Source: Chloropicon primus (Eukaryota). From it: a stretch of 64,000 bases of DNA. Numbering within the stretch: the stretch's first letter is position 1; each line of letters begins with the position of its first letter. Positions 10,146 through 21,600 of this stretch are shown here, in pieces. Location: NCBI GenBank assembly GCA_023205875.1, contig CP060760.1, positions 124,001-188,000 on the forward strand. The letters run 5' to 3'. Under the pieces are notes generated by a model. It worked only from the letters and a program-made list of their open reading frames with translations. It made no database searches and was not told where the DNA came from. A program made the position numbers and the translations under genes.

Positions 10146-10904
10146 TCATGCTTGGTGCGCTTCTCCTCCGCCTTGCTCTTCCAGGAGCAGCAAAATCTTG
10201 TCCTGCGCGCTCCTCATGGAGCTCAGGACCTCTTGGATCCGCCGCAGGCTCGAGGTGTGCTCGGCTAACACCGCCATGATCTCCTCGTTGCTGCCTGGGT
10301 TTGCCGCCGCGTCCAAGGCGGTCTCCAGCACACCGCCGTTGTTCAGCTCGAGCCTCGGCCTCTTGTTCAGGCTGCCCCCCCGTCTCTCGATTTCGATTTT
10401 CTCGTGATCGGAGACCACCTGGGGCTTGCTCATGCTCTTCTGGTGCTCGACCTCGTGCTTTGCCTTGAGCATCTTCTCGAGCAGCACCTCCCAATCAGTG
10501 AGCTTGTTCTGGAGCTGGGCTGGCACGGCCCTCCTCCGCTCCCAGTAGTCCAGCAGCCTCTTCACCTGGTTATGGCAGTTGCTGTGAACGCACTGGCTCT
10601 TGTCGAACGCTTCCTTCTCGTTCAGAGCCGCCGAGATCGAGTCCCACACCACCTTGACCTGTCCGAACTTGACAGAGAACGGCTTCTGCTTCAGGACCTC
10701 CTGCACCAGCAGCATGTTCTTCTCGGACTCTGCGTGGAACGGCACCGCCCACACGGTACGAACTTTCCTCTCCTTCTTCGCATGGGCCGCGGAGGTGTCG
10801 CCCTCCGGGACGCCGCCGCCCTCCACGCGGTGTGGCACCGCGCCCCCCTGCAAGCCCATGACCACCTGAGGCGGGTAAACCTTTCGCGGACTCCCTGCCT
10901 CCAT
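10146..10904 (-). CDS. Putative Myb/SANT-like (trihelix-type) DNA-binding protein
   Basis: LLVQEVLKQKPF...VWDSISAALN...CHNQVKRLLDYW helix pattern plus C-terminal coiled coil; ATG at 10904. Confidence 0.55.
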   Translation of the reverse strand: MEAGSPRKVYPPQVVMGLQGGAVPHRVEGGGVPEGDTSAAHAKKERKVRTVWAVPFHAESEKNMLLVQEVLKQKPFSVKFGQVKVVWDSISAALNEKEAFDKSQCVHSNCHNQVKRLLDYWERRRAVPAQLQNKLTDWEVLLEKMLKAKHEVEHQKSMSKPQVVSDHEKIEIERRGGSLNKRPRLELNNGGVLETALDAAANPGSNEEIMAVLAEHTSSLRRIQEVLSSMRSAQDKILLLLEEQGGGEAHQA

Positions 10905-11473
10905 CCTTTCGCCCCTGGGCCGTTTCTTTCGACCAAGGGCGCAAACGAAAGACCAAGACAAGACGCTTCCACCTGTCGTCCTTGCACACGTCCTCGCACA
11001 AGCCGTCCCGCTCCCTTCCTTTGCGGCGGTTACGGCCGTTACGACTCCCCTCTCTCGATCGATTGGTCAACGCAATTGAGGAGCGCGCGCGCGAGGCGAG
11101 GGCTTTGCGGTGGCGGAGGAAGAGGAAGAGGAAGGGGAAGGGGAAGGGGAAGAGGAAGAGGAAGAGGGTACGGACGACTTGTGCTCTTTGTCGGGAGGGA
11201 TGCACGAGGAGGACGAGGAAGCGCAAGTCCGAGCGTAACGTTTTCTTCTGTTTTTTTTTTTTTGGTTTGGAGGGAAGGGGCGAGCTGAGCGTAGGAGCCT
11301 CGCGGGGGGGGAAGGAGCTCGATTGGCTTGCGAAGGTCGAGGGGGAGGCGGTGGGCGGCGTCCTCGCGTCGTCGTCGTCGTGGTGTGACCTGCGCGGTGC
11401 TCGCTGCGTCTGCGTTCTTTTGGGGAGAGAGCGAACTGAAGTGAAGTGAAGTGAGCTGGGCGAGTGGAGTGGC

Positions 11474-12028
11474 ATGGGGTCTTGTTTTGCCAAGGCGCCG
11501 CGTTTTGCGGAGAGCAAGGAGTGTGGAGATGGCCTGGAGTTCAAGCAGCACGAGCCGAGCCTGTCGCAGAGCAGCGACGGCATGGCGTGGACCTCGCCGA
11601 GCGCATCCCAGCGGCAGGAGAGTGTAAGACTGACGGTGGTCGCGGCCAAGAACTACAAGAGGCGGGAGAGCGAGATCATCAAGACAGCCAAGGAGAACTT
11701 GAAGAAGGTGCCCGCGAGGTCCTCCTTGAAGCTGAGTAGCGCGAGAACGAATAGCACGGTCATGAGCAATAGCAAGCGGGATGGCACGGGGGACCAATCT
11801 GAGGACGCGTACCCGAGCAACACGAGCTCGACGAGGGACCTCCTCGAGAGCGGGTCGGCGATGTCTCAGAACGGAAGTGTGGCGGAGGGTGCCTATCCGA
11901 AAGGCGGGGCTGTGACAGACCCGGGGAGGGGGAAGGACCTCTCGTGCCAGTCGCACCCCTTGAGGAGATCGGTGTCCTTTTGCCAGGAAGTCATCATGAT
12001 CCAGTACTCGAAGAGAGGCTTCTCCTGA
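11474..12028 (+). CDS. Hypothetical small protein with N-myristoylation/S-acylation start (MGSC) and C-terminal RVxF-like motif
   Basis: ATG-initiated 184-aa ORF; MGSCFAK; RRSVSF near C-terminus. Confidence 0.55.
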   Translation: MGSCFAKAPRFAESKECGDGLEFKQHEPSLSQSSDGMAWTSPSASQRQESVRLTVVAAKNYKRRESEIIKTAKENLKKVPARSSLKLSSARTNSTVMSNSKRDGTGDQSEDAYPSNTSSTRDLLESGSAMSQNGSVAEGAYPKGGAVTDPGRGKDLSCQSHPLRRSVSFCQEVIMIQYSKRGFS

Positions 12029-12443
12029 TGCTGCTGAATTGTCGCGGCGTGGCGAGGGGGGGTTCGGGGGCCACGACCGATTTTGAGGGAGCCGCGGGGT
12101 GCACACGCCGCTGCGCGGGGAGCCGCTCCCACCGCCCGAGCCGGGGGCTCGGTGCACGAGAGGCGAGGGAGACGGGAGAGTTCCGCCGTTGTTGTCGTCG
12201 CCGCGTCTTGCGTGGCTCCACGGGAGGGAAGGAGAAGAAAGCGCAAGGAGCGCGGCGTTGCAACTAATATTTGATTTCATATACATTTCAAGGAGCCGCG
12301 CACAAAGGGGCAGCGGAACGATGATGCTGAGAAGAAAAAAAGAAAGAAAATTCACTTTTCGCGGACGCCGAGGCAACGCACGCACGCACGCACGAGCGGC
12401 CGCGCTCTCGCTGCACGGGAGCCCCCCCCCCGGAGAGGCTCTC

Positions 12444-13001
12444 TCAAGCCCTCGTGGTCATGAACCTGAGGATGGTCTTTTCCTTCTCTATCGAGGGGGC
12501 GGCAAGGATTCCCTGAATCGTCTTTGCAGCGCTGGCGGGTGCCGAGTACATGAAGAGCACGTAGATGCCGACGTTGTAGCCCTCGATTGGGTACGCCATC
12601 CTCTGAGGCACGTTCTCGTAGCTCACGGCGATGTCTAGGGCGCCGAGGGAGGTCAGGGTATCCTGGAACGCCTGGATGTCGTCCTCCCTCTCCGCGTCTT
12701 GCGCGTCAGGGTTGTAGATGATCATGGTCTCGTACACCTTGAAGCCCCTTGGCGGGCTCGTCCAGCTCGTGGGCAGGTCAGAGGTCGCCGCCACGTCCGC
12801 GGCCGCCTTCAACCGCAACGCCGAAGCCCCTCCCCTCCCTCCTCCCCCGACCCTGGAGCACTGCCCGCACCACAAACTCCTGGTCGCCTGGCATGTTCCT
12901 GCCGGATACCTTTGGACTCTTCCGCTCGCCCTCCACGCCAACGCCCCTCCCCCCACGCTCCTTCCCACGACCACTCTCTCCGCGTTCATCCCAAGCGTCA
13001 T
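12444..13001 (-). CDS. PRPS6: Plastid 30S ribosomal protein S6 (bS6c) with transit peptide
   Basis: YETMIIYNPD...QRMAYPIEG...GIYVLFMY...ILRFMTTR typical of bS6; R/G/A/S-rich N-extension. Confidence 0.85.
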   Translation of the reverse strand: MTLGMNAERVVVGRSVGGGALAWRASGRVQRYPAGTCQATRSLWCGQCSRVGGGGRGGASALRLKAAADVAATSDLPTSWTSPPRGFKVYETMIIYNPDAQDAEREDDIQAFQDTLTSLGALDIAVSYENVPQRMAYPIEGYNVGIYVLFMYSAPASAAKTIQGILAAPSIEKEKTILRFMTTRA

Positions 13002-13394
13002 AACCACCACCACCAGCAACAACCCACCAGCCTATCCAGCTCTTCGATAGAACACACTCAAGCCAAGCAAGCAAGCGCTCGTGTCCTTGGTCCTTATCTC
13101 TCTGCTAAAGCACACACACACACACACACACGACACACGAATATATCCGAAACCGAAACCAAGCGGATGCCAAGGTATAATGCTCGTCCACCGTCCTCGT
13201 CCTCGTCCACCGTCCTCGTCGTCGTCCTCGTCGTCGTCGTCGTCGTCGTCGTCGCTTTTGTGGCTCCCTTTTAATGCGGCGCTCCATCTTATCCGCTTTC
13301 TGTGGCTCTCCATCATTTAGTGTCCGAGTCGCAATACGAGTGCAATCAAAACCACACAGGCGGTCTGGCATCGAGGAGCATCGCATCGGAGCCT

Positions 13395-13679
13395 ATCGAC
13401 GGAGACCCAGGGCGTAAGGGAACGAAGAGGGGTCCAGGAGGGTGTTTGGGAGAAGCGTCGTGTCGCGGGCTTTCCAAAGAGCCGTCGCTCGAAAGGAGAA
13501 GTGGTCGGGTTGGGATTTGGCATAGGATTGAGTGAGACCCCACCACGGGCAGAGGGAGAGGGGAGAGGCCCGAGGCATCGACGGAGACCAAGGGTGGGAG
13601 GGAAAGGGGAGGGGTTCAGGAGGGTGCTTGGGAGAATCATCGTGTCGCGGTCTTTCCAAAGAGCCGTCGCTTGAAAGGG
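13395..13679 (+). repeat. Direct repeat pair (~103 bp, 13395-13497 and 13577-13679, offset 182 bp) upstream of ARSA1
   Basis: atcgacggagacc...ggagggtg(t/c)ttgggagaa...cgtgtcgcgg(g/t)ctttccaaagagccgtcgct(c/t)gaaagg present twice. Confidence 0.85.
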
Positions 13680-13689
13680 GAAGCTTGAC

Positions 13690-16062
13690 ATGACGACGAG
13701 GACGACGAGGACGACGAGGACGACGCGGGCCTTCAAGCGCCTGGCGTCCAACCAGCAGAGGCGCACGAGGTCGACCCGAGCCGCTTCTTCTTCTTCGGCG
13801 TCGTCTTCGGGTGGCGCCGGTGCGAGGGGCCTCCTTGGCCCGGTGCTTCGGTGCAGATCCTGCGAGAGGTCTTGGGCCAGGCTCCATCATCCGTCCAACA
13901 AGCTTGAGATGCCGCTGACGGTGCCGAGGGCGGTGGAGGAACCCGAGGGCGTTCAGGTGCGGGATCGAGGGACGGGAACCAAGGTGACGCTCCTGGGGGG
14001 CAAGGGCGGGGTGGGGAAGACGACGATGGCAGCGAGCTTCGCCGTGAGCGAGGCGAAGAGGACGCAGCTCCCGACGCTCATCGTGTCGACGGACCCCGCA
14101 CATTCCCTCGGGGACGCCCTCGGGCAGGACGTCAGCGGCGGAAAGCCAGTCCTGGTGGAGAGCTACACGTCCCTTCCGCTCTGGGCCCTGGAGATCGACC
14201 CGGCGAAGGCCAAGGAGGAGATCAGCGCCAAGGCCAAGGAGGCCAAGGAGAAGGCGGAGGAGGGCGGGGGCAACCCCTTGGGCTCCCTCACCGGCCTCCT
14301 GAAGTTGGTGGGCGTCGACCTGAACCCCGAAGTGTTCGAGGACCTCAACCTCGGGGAGCTGCTCACCAGCCCGCCTCCCGGCTTTGACGAGATCTTGGCG
14401 GTGGCGAAAATCATGGATTTCGTGGCGGGCCAGCAAGGCAGCGCCTCCGGGGGCGAGAGCCAAAAGTTCTCGAACATCATCATAGACACCGCGCCGACGG
14501 GCCACACCCTCAGGCTCCTTGCCGCCCCGGAGCTCCTAGACAGGTCGCTGGGGAAGGTCCTGGCGGTGAAGAAGATGCTTGACGGGGCCTCGTCCCTCGT
14601 CAAGTCCATCCTCTCTTTCGGTCAGAGGGGCGGGGGTGGTCAGGACGCCGGGGAAGACTCGCTGTCGCAGAGGGTAGAGAAGGCCCAGCTTCGCCTGAGA
14701 GCTTTCGGGGAGCTCCTGCACGACGGGAGGAAGAGCGAGTTTGTTGCCGTGACCATCCCCACGCAGATGGCGGTGAGCGAGACCATTGGCCTGGCCACGA
14801 CCCTGAAGGAGGAGGGGATTCCACTGAGAAGGTGCGTCGTGAATCAGGTGCTTCCTTCAGACCTGGTGGACGGGGGCCTCAAGCTTATCGAGAGCAGGCA
14901 GAAGGACCAGAAGAGGGCGCTCGACATGCTGAGGGAGGACGGAAAACTGTCCCAGCTGGAGCAGCTGCGGTCACCCTTCCTGGACTTGGAGGTGAAGGGC
15001 GTCCCAGCCCTTCAGTACTTTGGGATGGGGCTCTGGCGGGACAGCTCCACGCTGAAGGACTCGGTGACGCAGCGAGACCAGAAATTCGTGATCGTTGGCG
15101 GCAAAGGCGGCGTTGGGAAGACTACGACGTCCTCCTCCCTCGCCCTGTCTTACGCTCAGGAGGGGCACACCGTTCTGATCGTATCCACGGATCCGGCTCA
15201 CTCTCTGGGCGATTCCCTTTGCCAGGACGTTTCCGGGGGGCAGCCCGTGCTCCTGGAAGGCACGGACCTCCCCGTGTACGCCATGGAGATCAACCCGGAG
15301 GAGACCATGGACCAGCTCAGGGGGCTTTTGAGGAAGGTGGAGGAGAGCGACGTGTCGAGCGATCCCGGGGCGCAGGGCAACCCCAAGCTCGATCTGGGAA
15401 ACATTCTTGAGAAGGTCCAGGACTTGAAGCTCGAGGAGCTCTTGGAGGACCCCCCGCCTGGCACGGACGAGGCCATTGCCGTCGCAAAGGTGGTCCAGTT
15501 TGCGGAAAAGCCCGAGTTCGAGAAGTTCACGAGGATTGTGATCGACACGGCGCCGACGGGCCACACGCTGAGGCTCCTCACCTTGCCATCTTTCATCGCT
15601 CTGAGCATCGACAAGATTCTCAAGTTCAGGAGCGTGATCTCCCAGCTCGCGGGCAAGTCAAAGGGTGACTTGGCCATCGAGAAGCTGCAGGAGCTCCAGA
15701 GGCAAATGGATGACGCCCAGAGCCTATTCAGGGACAACACCAAGACGGAATTCGTCATCGTTGGCATTCCAACGTACCTGTCCGTGGCGGAGTCCTCGAG
15801 GCTCGTGAGGGCTCTGGAGGACGAGAAAGTGTTCGTGAGGCACCTCGTCGTGAACCAGATTCTGGATTTCGAGTCCAAGGAGGAGGAGAAGATCAAGAGG
15901 TTCGTCACCTCAAGAATGAAGGAGCAGGAGTCCGCCCTCGGCGCTCTCGAGGAGGCCCCGAGCATCCAGGGCTTGGAAGTCTCCCGCGCCCCGGTCATCA
16001 ACATGGAAGTCAGGGGAGTTCCTGCGCTCGAGTACTTTGCCTCCCTCGTTTGGGACCCATAA
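13690..16062 (+). CDS. ARSA1: Tandem two-domain ArsA/GET3 ATPase with organellar transit peptide (ARSA1-like)
   Basis: Two copies of GGKGGVGKTT, STDPAHSLGD, PPPGxDE, IDTAPTGHTLRLL, VVNQ. Confidence 0.9.
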   Translation: MTTRTTRTTRTTRAFKRLASNQQRRTRSTRAASSSSASSSGGAGARGLLGPVLRCRSCERSWARLHHPSNKLEMPLTVPRAVEEPEGVQVRDRGTGTKVTLLGGKGGVGKTTMAASFAVSEAKRTQLPTLIVSTDPAHSLGDALGQDVSGGKPVLVESYTSLPLWALEIDPAKAKEEISAKAKEAKEKAEEGGGNPLGSLTGLLKLVGVDLNPEVFEDLNLGELLTSPPPGFDEILAVAKIMDFVAGQQGSASGGESQKFSNIIIDTAPTGHTLRLLAAPELLDRSLGKVLAVKKMLDGASSLVKSILSFGQRGGGGQDAGEDSLSQRVEKAQLRLRAFGELLHDGRKSEFVAVTIPTQMAVSETIGLATTLKEEGIPLRRCVVNQVLPSDLVDGGLKLIESRQKDQKRALDMLREDGKLSQLEQLRSPFLDLEVKGVPALQYFGMGLWRDSSTLKDSVTQRDQKFVIVGGKGGVGKTTTSSSLALSYAQEGHTVLIVSTDPAHSLGDSLCQDVSGGQPVLLEGTDLPVYAMEINPEETMDQLRGLLRKVEESDVSSDPGAQGNPKLDLGNILEKVQDLKLEELLEDPPPGTDEAIAVAKVVQFAEKPEFEKFTRIVIDTAPTGHTLRLLTLPSFIALSIDKILKFRSVISQLAGKSKGDLAIEKLQELQRQMDDAQSLFRDNTKTEFVIVGIPTYLSVAESSRLVRALEDEKVFVRHLVVNQILDFESKEEEKIKRFVTSRMKEQESALGALEEAPSIQGLEVSRAPVINMEVRGVPALEYFASLVWDP

Positions 16063-16420
16063 ATTACCACCCTTTTCAGGAATCTCATTCCTTGTTCCCT
16101 TCATCCTGTCCTCACACACACCCAAAGCCATCATCATTATCATCATCATCTGCTCTCCCCCTGAGCTTCATCCATCTCTCTCTGGACATCAAACTCCCAG
16201 CAGCAGCAGCCTGACCACCACACTATGTCGCGTTCGAAGGCAGCCAGGAGGAGGCAGCAATACCTCCAGAGTCCCCGGGATCTCAATCATCACCTCTTGT
16301 TCCCTTCATCCTATCCTCCCCCCCAAGCCAAGCCATCATCATGATGATGATGCCCTTTTGAGCCTTTCATCCAGCAGAGCAGGGGGGAGCAGTAGCAGCC
16401 GTCGACCGTACCGTACTACT

Positions 16421-18331
16421 ATGTCGCGTTCGAAGGCGAGGAGGCGGCGGTCACCCGAGGCCAAGGGGAGTCCGAAGGGCCCACAGGGTGGCGTGAAGAA
16501 GGCCAAGAGTCCTTCCACGAAGAGGTCTCAGAATGGCTCGAAACGGCTTCCTCCTCAGGGCAAAAAGGGAATGGCGGGAGGCAAGTTCAAACAAAAGAGG
16601 AAGCAGAGGCAGTTCCAGCAGAGAGCAGCTCGGGAGGAAGAGATGAGGCAGAGGGAGGAACCGGAAGGTATCTTGAACGAGACCACCGTCTCGGACGAGG
16701 AAAAGAAAACGGTTGCGCCCGAAGTTATTGTGCTTGACTCGGACGAGGACAACGAACTGCCGTTGCCTCTGTACGATGATGCGACGGCGTCCTCGGACAA
16801 AGCAGAGGTCGAGGAGGCCGGGAGCAAGAGGTCAGAGGGCGTTGGATCGATCCAGAGGCATGCATCCTCAATGCCGCCGGCCGAAGAACTCGCAGGAGTC
16901 TCGGGCTCCCTGTCTACTGATATTCATGCTTTCGTGAGGTGCGCCAGGAACTCGGAGGAGGCTGAAAAGGAAGTGAAGATGATTCTGAAGCACGTATCAG
17001 ATGCTGCTGGCGCAATCTTTGGAGCCTCGGCGAAGACCTGCCTTTTTGGATCCAGAGCTACCGGGTTGTCTCTGCCTTGTGGGGATTTGGATATTGGGAT
17101 ACTGAACCTCTCGTGCTTGGACATCAAGCAAGCTGGTGCAGGGTTCCAGCGAAGGGACCGGACGAAAGCGTCCTCGATGCTGACGAAGCTCTTGTCTAAG
17201 CTGCGAAAGATGAAGTTGGTGAAGCGGGCCCAGGTGATAAGGGCGAGGGTTCCAATCATCAAGTGTCAGATGGGAAGGTCTCAGTGGAACTGCGACATTT
17301 CTCTTGGCGTCTCGAACGGGGATCGAGCTTGCGCTCTGATCAAAGAATACATGAAGCAGCTTCCGCACTTTACGGAGCTTGTGCTGGTCATCAAGGCTGT
17401 TCTGATGAGCAACAACTTGAACGAGGTGTACACGGGTGGCTTGGGCTCCTACAGTCTCTACAACATGGTCATCGCTCATTTACTGGTCAGTCGGAAGGGC
17501 GCGAAGGAGGAAGAAAGCGAGGAGACCGCCGTGGGCTCTCTGTTGATCACGTTCATGCAGCGGTTCGGTTACGGCTTTGATTACGAGAGCCAAGCAGTAT
17601 CGATCAACAAGGGGGGCTTCGTCAAGAAGCGACCTGGGTGGAAAGACCCGGAGAAGCCGTATCTGATAGCGATCGAGGATCCTCAGGAGGCCGGTCGGGA
17701 TATCGGCGCAGTGTCATACAACATCAGGAGGGTGAGGCAGTGCTTTGCTTGGTGCTACGATACGTTGCGAAAGCAATCTGAGAAGGAAGATCAAAAAAAT
17801 CAGGAAAGCTTGCGAGAGAAGGACGGGGAGATGCCCTTCCTGGCCCAGATCATGCACGTGACCAATGCTCTGCGTCAGAAGCCACAAAGTCTTGGGGCGA
17901 AGATGCAAAGCTCTAACGGAGGTGGCAGCAGGCATGCTGCACGCAAAGATGTTGCAGAAGGACCGAAGAAAGGCGCGAAGGCCGCTAAGAAGCGGAATGG
18001 AGATCTGCGAAAGACTCTCCAACGAAGAATCACCAAGGTGGAGCAGTCACCTAATCAGTGGTTCAAGAAGAAGGATAAGGGTTTGGCGGCCCGTTATGTT
18101 GCGTTCGTCGAAGAGGCCATCGGAACAGCATCAGAGCGTGCCGAGTTCACCGGGGCCCCGACTTTTGAGGAGTTTGTTAAAACCCCCGCGAAATATTTGG
18201 AAGGGAATGGCGGAAGGAAGAACAAGAACAAGAACAAGAAGCCCGTCAAGGCCAAGGCCCAGAAGAGGAAGCCCAATCCCAACAAATCCCCACCTGCATC
18301 GAGAAAGGCAAGGCGGCAAGGGAAAAAATGA
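16421..18331 (+). CDS. TRF4/PAPD5-like non-canonical poly(A) polymerase (terminal nucleotidyltransferase)
   Basis: LFGSRATGLSLPCGDLDIG, ARVPIIK, DISLG, LNEVYTGGLGSYSL, IAIEDPQEAGRDIG. Confidence 0.85.
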   Translation: MSRSKARRRRSPEAKGSPKGPQGGVKKAKSPSTKRSQNGSKRLPPQGKKGMAGGKFKQKRKQRQFQQRAAREEEMRQREEPEGILNETTVSDEEKKTVAPEVIVLDSDEDNELPLPLYDDATASSDKAEVEEAGSKRSEGVGSIQRHASSMPPAEELAGVSGSLSTDIHAFVRCARNSEEAEKEVKMILKHVSDAAGAIFGASAKTCLFGSRATGLSLPCGDLDIGILNLSCLDIKQAGAGFQRRDRTKASSMLTKLLSKLRKMKLVKRAQVIRARVPIIKCQMGRSQWNCDISLGVSNGDRACALIKEYMKQLPHFTELVLVIKAVLMSNNLNEVYTGGLGSYSLYNMVIAHLLVSRKGAKEEESEETAVGSLLITFMQRFGYGFDYESQAVSINKGGFVKKRPGWKDPEKPYLIAIEDPQEAGRDIGAVSYNIRRVRQCFAWCYDTLRKQSEKEDQKNQESLREKDGEMPFLAQIMHVTNALRQKPQSLGAKMQSSNGGGSRHAARKDVAEGPKKGAKAAKKRNGDLRKTLQRRITKVEQSPNQWFKKKDKGLAARYVAFVEEAIGTASERAEFTGAPTFEEFVKTPAKYLEGNGGRKNKNKNKKPVKAKAQKRKPNPNKSPPASRKARRQGKK

Positions 18332-18360
18332 ATTGAATGGAATCGAATTTGAATGTGATG

Positions 18361-18397
<37 letters not shown>

Positions 18398-18632
18398 ATC
18401 CCTCCAAGCAGAACAGAACGCCTTTATTCCTTGTCTGATGAAGCAGCACCCAGCATTGGGAGCTCGATCAATCGATCGATCGAGAGAGTGACAGATTGAA
18501 TTGAATCCCCCTCCTCCCCACGATAATGCTGCTGCTGCTGCTGCTGATTCCTCTCTCTCTCTCTTCATCTCCCTCCCTCCCTCCGCCGAGCCGAGGCCAT
18601 CGCCGAGCAGCAGCCATTTAGTGGAGGCGAGA

Positions 18633-21600
18633 ATGGCGTCGAGCAAGTTGTACGCGCAGGTGCACATCACGAAGCGGACGCGGCGGAACCAAGTCGTCCG
18701 CATCGTGAGGGAGCACTACCTTCGGGACGACATCGACAATCCTTTGCGCACGAAAACTTTTCATGGCGAGACGGCTTCGAACGACCAGGTAAGTTGCATC
18801 AAGGAGGAAGGAATGCAAACCGATCTGGAGAGAGGTCTCTCTCTCTCTCTGTGTGTGTGTGCGTTTCGCTGAGGTCTGACGAAGGTGTTTCGGTTCAGGC
18901 GGAGCGTTACGTGTTGCTCGACAGCTCTTGCCTTCCTTACCAGGTTGACTTGCTGGAGAGGGGCGCGGCGGAGGGCGCGGTTACTGGAGTCATCTTGCTG
19001 TCGACGGTGCTGGAGAGGGTGAGGAGGTTGAGAGGGGAGGCAGCGAAGCGGAGGGTGCTCGACCTTCTCTCGGAAGGTCAAGGTGTCGGGAGGTTCTGCG
19101 TGTTTCCGGACGACTACCATGCGAGGACGTCGGTGACGGCGCAAGCGGCGAGGAGGGGAGAAACGAGGGACGAGCTCGAGAGGAGGGGCTTCGCCAGAGC
19201 CTGCAAGTGGCTCGTGGAGGACGGCAATGGGCTGTCGAAGGAAGGTGAAAGCGGCATGGAGGTTGACCCCAAGGGAGGAAAGACTTCGAGGGTATTGGTG
19301 GTCTCGGATGACAGCGACACGCGAGCCTATCTCGAGGGGGCTGAGGAGCTCCAAGGCCTCGTGGCAAAGGGCCTCGTATCGATACAGTCGACCGAGGAAT
19401 GGATCACTCGGTCACACCCTCACCTCTTGGATCTCGTCGCCGTGCATTCGGCCGGCGACAAGGAGGGCGAGGCGAAGACCTCGGGCTCCTCCGCGTCTTT
19501 CTTGCCCTACCGCCAGCACATCACCGTGCAGGAGGCGGAGAGGAAGATCAAACTCGGCCTGGCTTTCAAGGGCAAGCTGGCGTGCACCTCAAGGTACAGC
19601 CCGTGGACGGCCCTGGTGAGCGTGAGGAGCACCGAGAAGCCAGAGCTCACGGAGGTGAAGGTTGTGGGGAGGGAGGCTCTGAACCGGGCCATGGAGGGCG
19701 ACCTTGTGGCGGTCGAGCTCATCGAGAAGGAGAAAGTGCAAGAGACGGCCAAGGCGGAGGAGGCAGGGGAGGACGGAAAAGGCGTCGGCGAGGTGGGCAT
19801 CGCCTCCGTAGCCGAGAATGAAATGGATGCGGAAGAGGTGTCGGATTCCGTCCAGTACGCCCGCGTGGTTTGCATCATCAGGAGAGCTTGGAACGACAAG
19901 GGGTACTGTGGGTCGATTCAGCCGAAGAGTTTGCCCAAGTCCGAGGAGCTCCTTCAGAGCTCGGGCAGGGCGCTGGGCGTTCTTTTCCAGCCTTCGGACA
20001 GGCGCCTCCCCTTGATCCGGGTGAGGACGAGGCAGGCGAACGTCCTCAAGGACCAGAGAATCATCGTGGTCATCGACTCTTGGGAAAAGGAGTCTGCCTA
20101 TCCCAGCGGGCACTACGTGAGGGCGCTGGGGATGATCGGGGACAGGGAGACGGAGACAAAGGTGATCCTCCACCAGCACGATGTTGCGGACCCAGAGGAG
20201 GGCTTTTCTCCAGCCGTGCACGCCTGCGTTCCGGAGCTGCCTTGGAGCGTGCCCTCTACCATCGAGGACTCCTGGCGCCGAGACATCAGGTCGATGTGCG
20301 TCTTCAGCGTGGATCCTCCGGGGTGCCGCGACATCGACGATGCCCTGAGCGCGAGGTTCGTCTCCCCCTCCGAGGTTGAGGACAGCGGGGACGTGACTTG
20401 TGTCTCGCTTGCGGCGGACAAGAAGTTGGTCGAGCTGGGCGTCCACATTGCGGACGTGACCCACTTTCTCAAACCGAACACCCCGATGGACTTGGAGGCC
20501 TCCAGGAGGTGCACCAGCGTGTACCTCGTGGACCGGAGGATCGACATGCTCCCCAAGCCCTTGACGGAGGACATCTGTTCGCTACGGTGCAACGTGGACA
20601 GGTTCGCCTTCAGCGTGCTGTGGAGGGTCAACGTGGACACCGCCCAAGTCGTGGGGGAGCCGGAATTCTTCAAGAGCGTCATCCACTCCAAGGCGGCTCT
20701 GACGTACCAGGAGGCCCAGGAGAGGATCGACCGGGGGGGGACCGACGTCATCACCACCAGCCTGCTGCTCCTGAGGAAGGTGACGAGGAAGCTGAGGCAG
20801 AAGAGGGTCGACCTCGGGGCCCTGACGCTGGCCTCGCCGGAAGTCAAGTTTGAGATCGACCGGGACACGCACGACCCTCTGGACGTCGGGATGTACGTCA
20901 CCCGCGAGACCAACAAGATCGTGGAGGAGATGATGCTCCTGGCGAACGAGACGGTGGCGACTTGCATCTTCGAGAAGGGCTTCTCGAGGTCCGCCCTGCT
21001 GAGGCGGCACCCCGTGCCGACCAGGACGATGTTCGAGCCCCTGCTCAAGGCCTGCAAGTCCGCGGGCATCGCCATGGACGTCACGACCTCCCGGCACCTC
21101 GCGGACAGCCTGGACGCCGCCGGCGTCAGCAAGGACACCAAGGACGGTTACCTGAACACTCTGATCAGGTTCATGGCCACGAGGTGCATGACGCAGGCCG
21201 AGTACTTCAGCTCCGGGGAGGTCGCCCAGTCCCAGTTCAGTCACTACGGCCTCGCCATGCCGATTTACACGCACTTCACGTCCCCCATCAGGAGGTACGC
21301 CGACGTCGTCGTCCACCGGATGCTCTCCGCCTGCATCGGCCTGGAGGCCCCGAGCGTGGAGCTCTGCGAGTCCGCCCTGGTCACCGAGCAGTGCGGGATC
21401 CTGAACGTGCGCCACAAGAACGCCCAGCTGGCCGGCCGCGCCTCGGCCGAGCTCTACACCCTCGTGTTCTTCCGGGACCGCCCGAGCGAGGAGAGCGCCA
21501 GGGTCGTCAAGGTGAGGGACGTGGGCGTGGTGGTCTTCGTGCCCAAGTACGGGATCGAGGGCACCGTCAAGCTCGAGGGGTGGACCAAGGACGAGGGGGG

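Noticed and set aside
10146..10904. Myb/SANT protein as part of a Harbinger transposon
   Set aside because: No neighbouring DDE transposase or terminal inverted repeats seen
16037..16420. N-terminal extension of the TRF4-like ORF
   Set aside because: Non-ATG start, low-complexity duplicated sequence overlapping the ARSA1 end; ATG 16421 is more plausible
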